A stretch of DNA of 26,539 nt from a virus (taxonomy: Duplodnaviria; Caudoviricetes), in IMG/VR virus record IMGVR_UViG_3300012346_000108, positions 1-26,539 of that record; one strand, written 5' to 3'. The notes under the pieces are model-generated. The model did no database searches and had not been told where the DNA came from. It saw only the letters and a list, made by a program, of their open reading frames with translations. Shown here piece after piece: positions 25,112-26,539 of this stretch. A program made the translations under genes and the position numbers. Within the stretch, counting starts at the first letter, position 1, and every line of letters begins with the position of its first letter.

Positions 25112-25678
25112 CTATTGTAACATAACTTTGTAGGTTTTTAACACCCATTGTGCAAAATTAATCAACTGTTCAGGTGTGGCATTATTTTTCATCATGTTTG
25201 CAAGATTGCTAATGATTTGAATATTACCTTTAGTATAACCACCATTTGGATCAATACGATCTACTGATGGTGAATTAATACTTGCTTTATCTTTACCTCG
25301 TATCAAAGGTATTCCTAAAACTGGACACACTTCTGGAATAACAATGTCGGATAACTCTATATCAAACTCAATATTACTTCGTTTTGCTCTAGTTCTACAG
25401 CGATTTAAAATAAAAACTTCATATTTTTCTATATAGTATTTATCTTTAAATTTCTTTTTTCTGGCTTTAACTTCAGGAATATCTTTTGTCTTATTATAGT
25501 AGTCTAGTCGATTTTTTAGAATTTCTTCTTTGTTTTCTTCGTATCTTTTCAAATCATATTGTTTTCTGCAATTTTTACATTCACCTCTGTATCCTGTTTT
25601 AGAAGTTGAATGTTTATGAAATTGTGAGAAATCTAACTGTAATTTACATTTTGAACATTGTAACATATTTACTTTCAT
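25112..25678 (-). CDS. Free-standing HNH-like endonuclease with N-terminal Zn finger (paralogue of 19776-20345)
   Basis: CSKC...CKNC and CPVL...SPSVDRIDPNGGYTKGNIQIISNLAN motifs. The start could instead be the Met at 25666. Confidence 0.8.
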   Translation of the reverse strand: MKVNMLQCSKCKLQLDFSQFHKHSTSKTGYRGECKNCRKQYDLKRYEENKEEILKNRLDYYNKTKDIPEVKARKKKFKDKYYIEKYEVFILNRCRTRAKRSNIEFDIELSDIVIPEVCPVLGIPLIRGKDKASINSPSVDRIDPNGGYTKGNIQIISNLANMMKNNATPEQLINFAQWVLKTYKVMLQ

Positions 25679-25712
25679 AATTAATACACACAGAAAAATA
25701 CTGCATGTATTA

Positions 25713-25741
25713 ATTATATCATGTTAGGTTGGAAAAATCAA
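25713..25741 (-). promoter_or_regulatory. Sigma70-like promoter (TTGATT class) for HNH-like gene
   Basis: Minus strand cTTGATT-tttccaacctaacaTGa-TATAAT, directly after the exonuclease stop. Confidence 0.8.
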
Positions 25742-25742
25742 G

Positions 25743-26537
25743 TTAAATTAACAAATTCTTCCGCTTTTCTTTTGTAGTATTAGATTTACGAACTCTGTGT
25801 ACACTTCCGCAATTATTGCAGCGTACTTCTTCAAATACACTAGCTGAAGTTGTAACATTTCGACCTGTGAGGTCTACATCATTACTACCACATGTTCTAC
25901 ACCGAACACTGTCATCTTCATAATAAAGTGCAGCATTGTAATCCGTATTTACATTACCAAGACTCTGTAGTAAACTGTAAACATTAATAAGAACTTCTAC
26001 ATCATTCTCACAATATGAAACCATATCTTTCATTGCTTGCATATCACCAGATTGTACTTTTGTCCACAATTCCATACTTGTTGCTGTCTTCTGAGGTAAA
26101 CCAAAATAAGCACACACGTTATCTAGACTGTTACTTGGTAGTCGCAACTTTTTCTTAGCTTGTAGATAAGGATCAAGTTTTTTAACAGATGGTAGTTTAC
26201 CAAGTCCACAAGCCAAAGCTCTAGTTTGAACAACTTTATCATCAAAACCTTGTAAATTGTATCCAACTACAGCATCTGCTTCTTCGTATAGTCCAAATAA
26301 GATACATGCGAGGCGACTATCATCGTTGTCTTCAATCTCTTTTGGTGTCATCCAATGACTATTTACTTCATCACTGCCTAACCATTTATAGCTGAAGCAT
26401 AGAATACGACCACCTTCTTTATAAATAGCTTTATCATTAATGAATTGCTTCCTACGACCAAATGCAAACACCAGTGGGCAACTTGTTTCAGTATCAAATA
26501 CTAAAATCTTTGGACCTTCAGTTTGCTTAAATGCTAC
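25743..26537 (-). CDS. DEDD / RNase H-like 3'-5' exonuclease with C-terminal Zn ribbon (5' truncated by window edge)
   Basis: Frame is open to the window edge, adding KILVFDTET (ExoI). Also YNLQGFD (ExoII), YCENDV (ExoIII) and CRTC...CNNC. Confidence 0.85.
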   Translation of the reverse strand, partial: VAFKQTEGPKILVFDTETSCPLVFAFGRRKQFINDKAIYKEGGRILCFSYKWLGSDEVNSHWMTPKEIEDNDDSRLACILFGLYEEADAVVGYNLQGFDDKVVQTRALACGLGKLPSVKKLDPYLQAKKKLRLPSNSLDNVCAYFGLPQKTATSMELWTKVQSGDMQAMKDMVSYCENDVEVLINVYSLLQSLGNVNTDYNAALYYEDDSVRCRTCGSNDVDLTGRNVTTSASVFEEVRCNNCGSVHRVRKSNTTKEKRKNLLI

Positions 26538-26539
26538 TT

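Noticed and set aside
1-26539. CRISPR array, tRNA genes or stop-codon reassignment
   Set aside because: No spaced direct repeats or cloverleafs were seen in the short intergenic gaps. Genes are full length under the standard code and TAA, TGA and TAG all serve as stops.

Overview
An AT-rich segment of a tailed dsDNA phage (siphovirus-type) that probably infects a Gram-negative host, judging by the SAR-like endolysin and embedded spanins. The + strand (1-19435) runs from the end of the major capsid gene through a free-standing HNH gene, head-tail connectors, tail tube, tail chaperone, tape measure, tail tip proteins, a fibre and the lysis cassette. The - strand (19491-26539) converges on it and carries nucleotide metabolism genes (thioredoxin, nrdB, nrdA, two nucleotide pyrophosphohydrolases, a DEDD exonuclease) plus two more HNH-like genes. 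Five things stand out. (1) Each of the three endonuclease genes has its own promoter and an RNA structure at its translation start, including a candidate double-pseudoknot leader at 345-420. (2) A PL1 pectate-lyase-like domain is inserted inside a 2077-aa NlpC/P60-gpI-gpJ tail tip fusion. (3) The tail chaperone frameshift is +1 (TTT-CGA) rather than -1. (4) A CTTGATT-17 bp-TATAAT promoter with extended -10 occurs five times. (5) Two short, translationally coupled ORFs are missing from the ORF track. All family assignments come from motif recognition by eye; no searches or folding programs were run.
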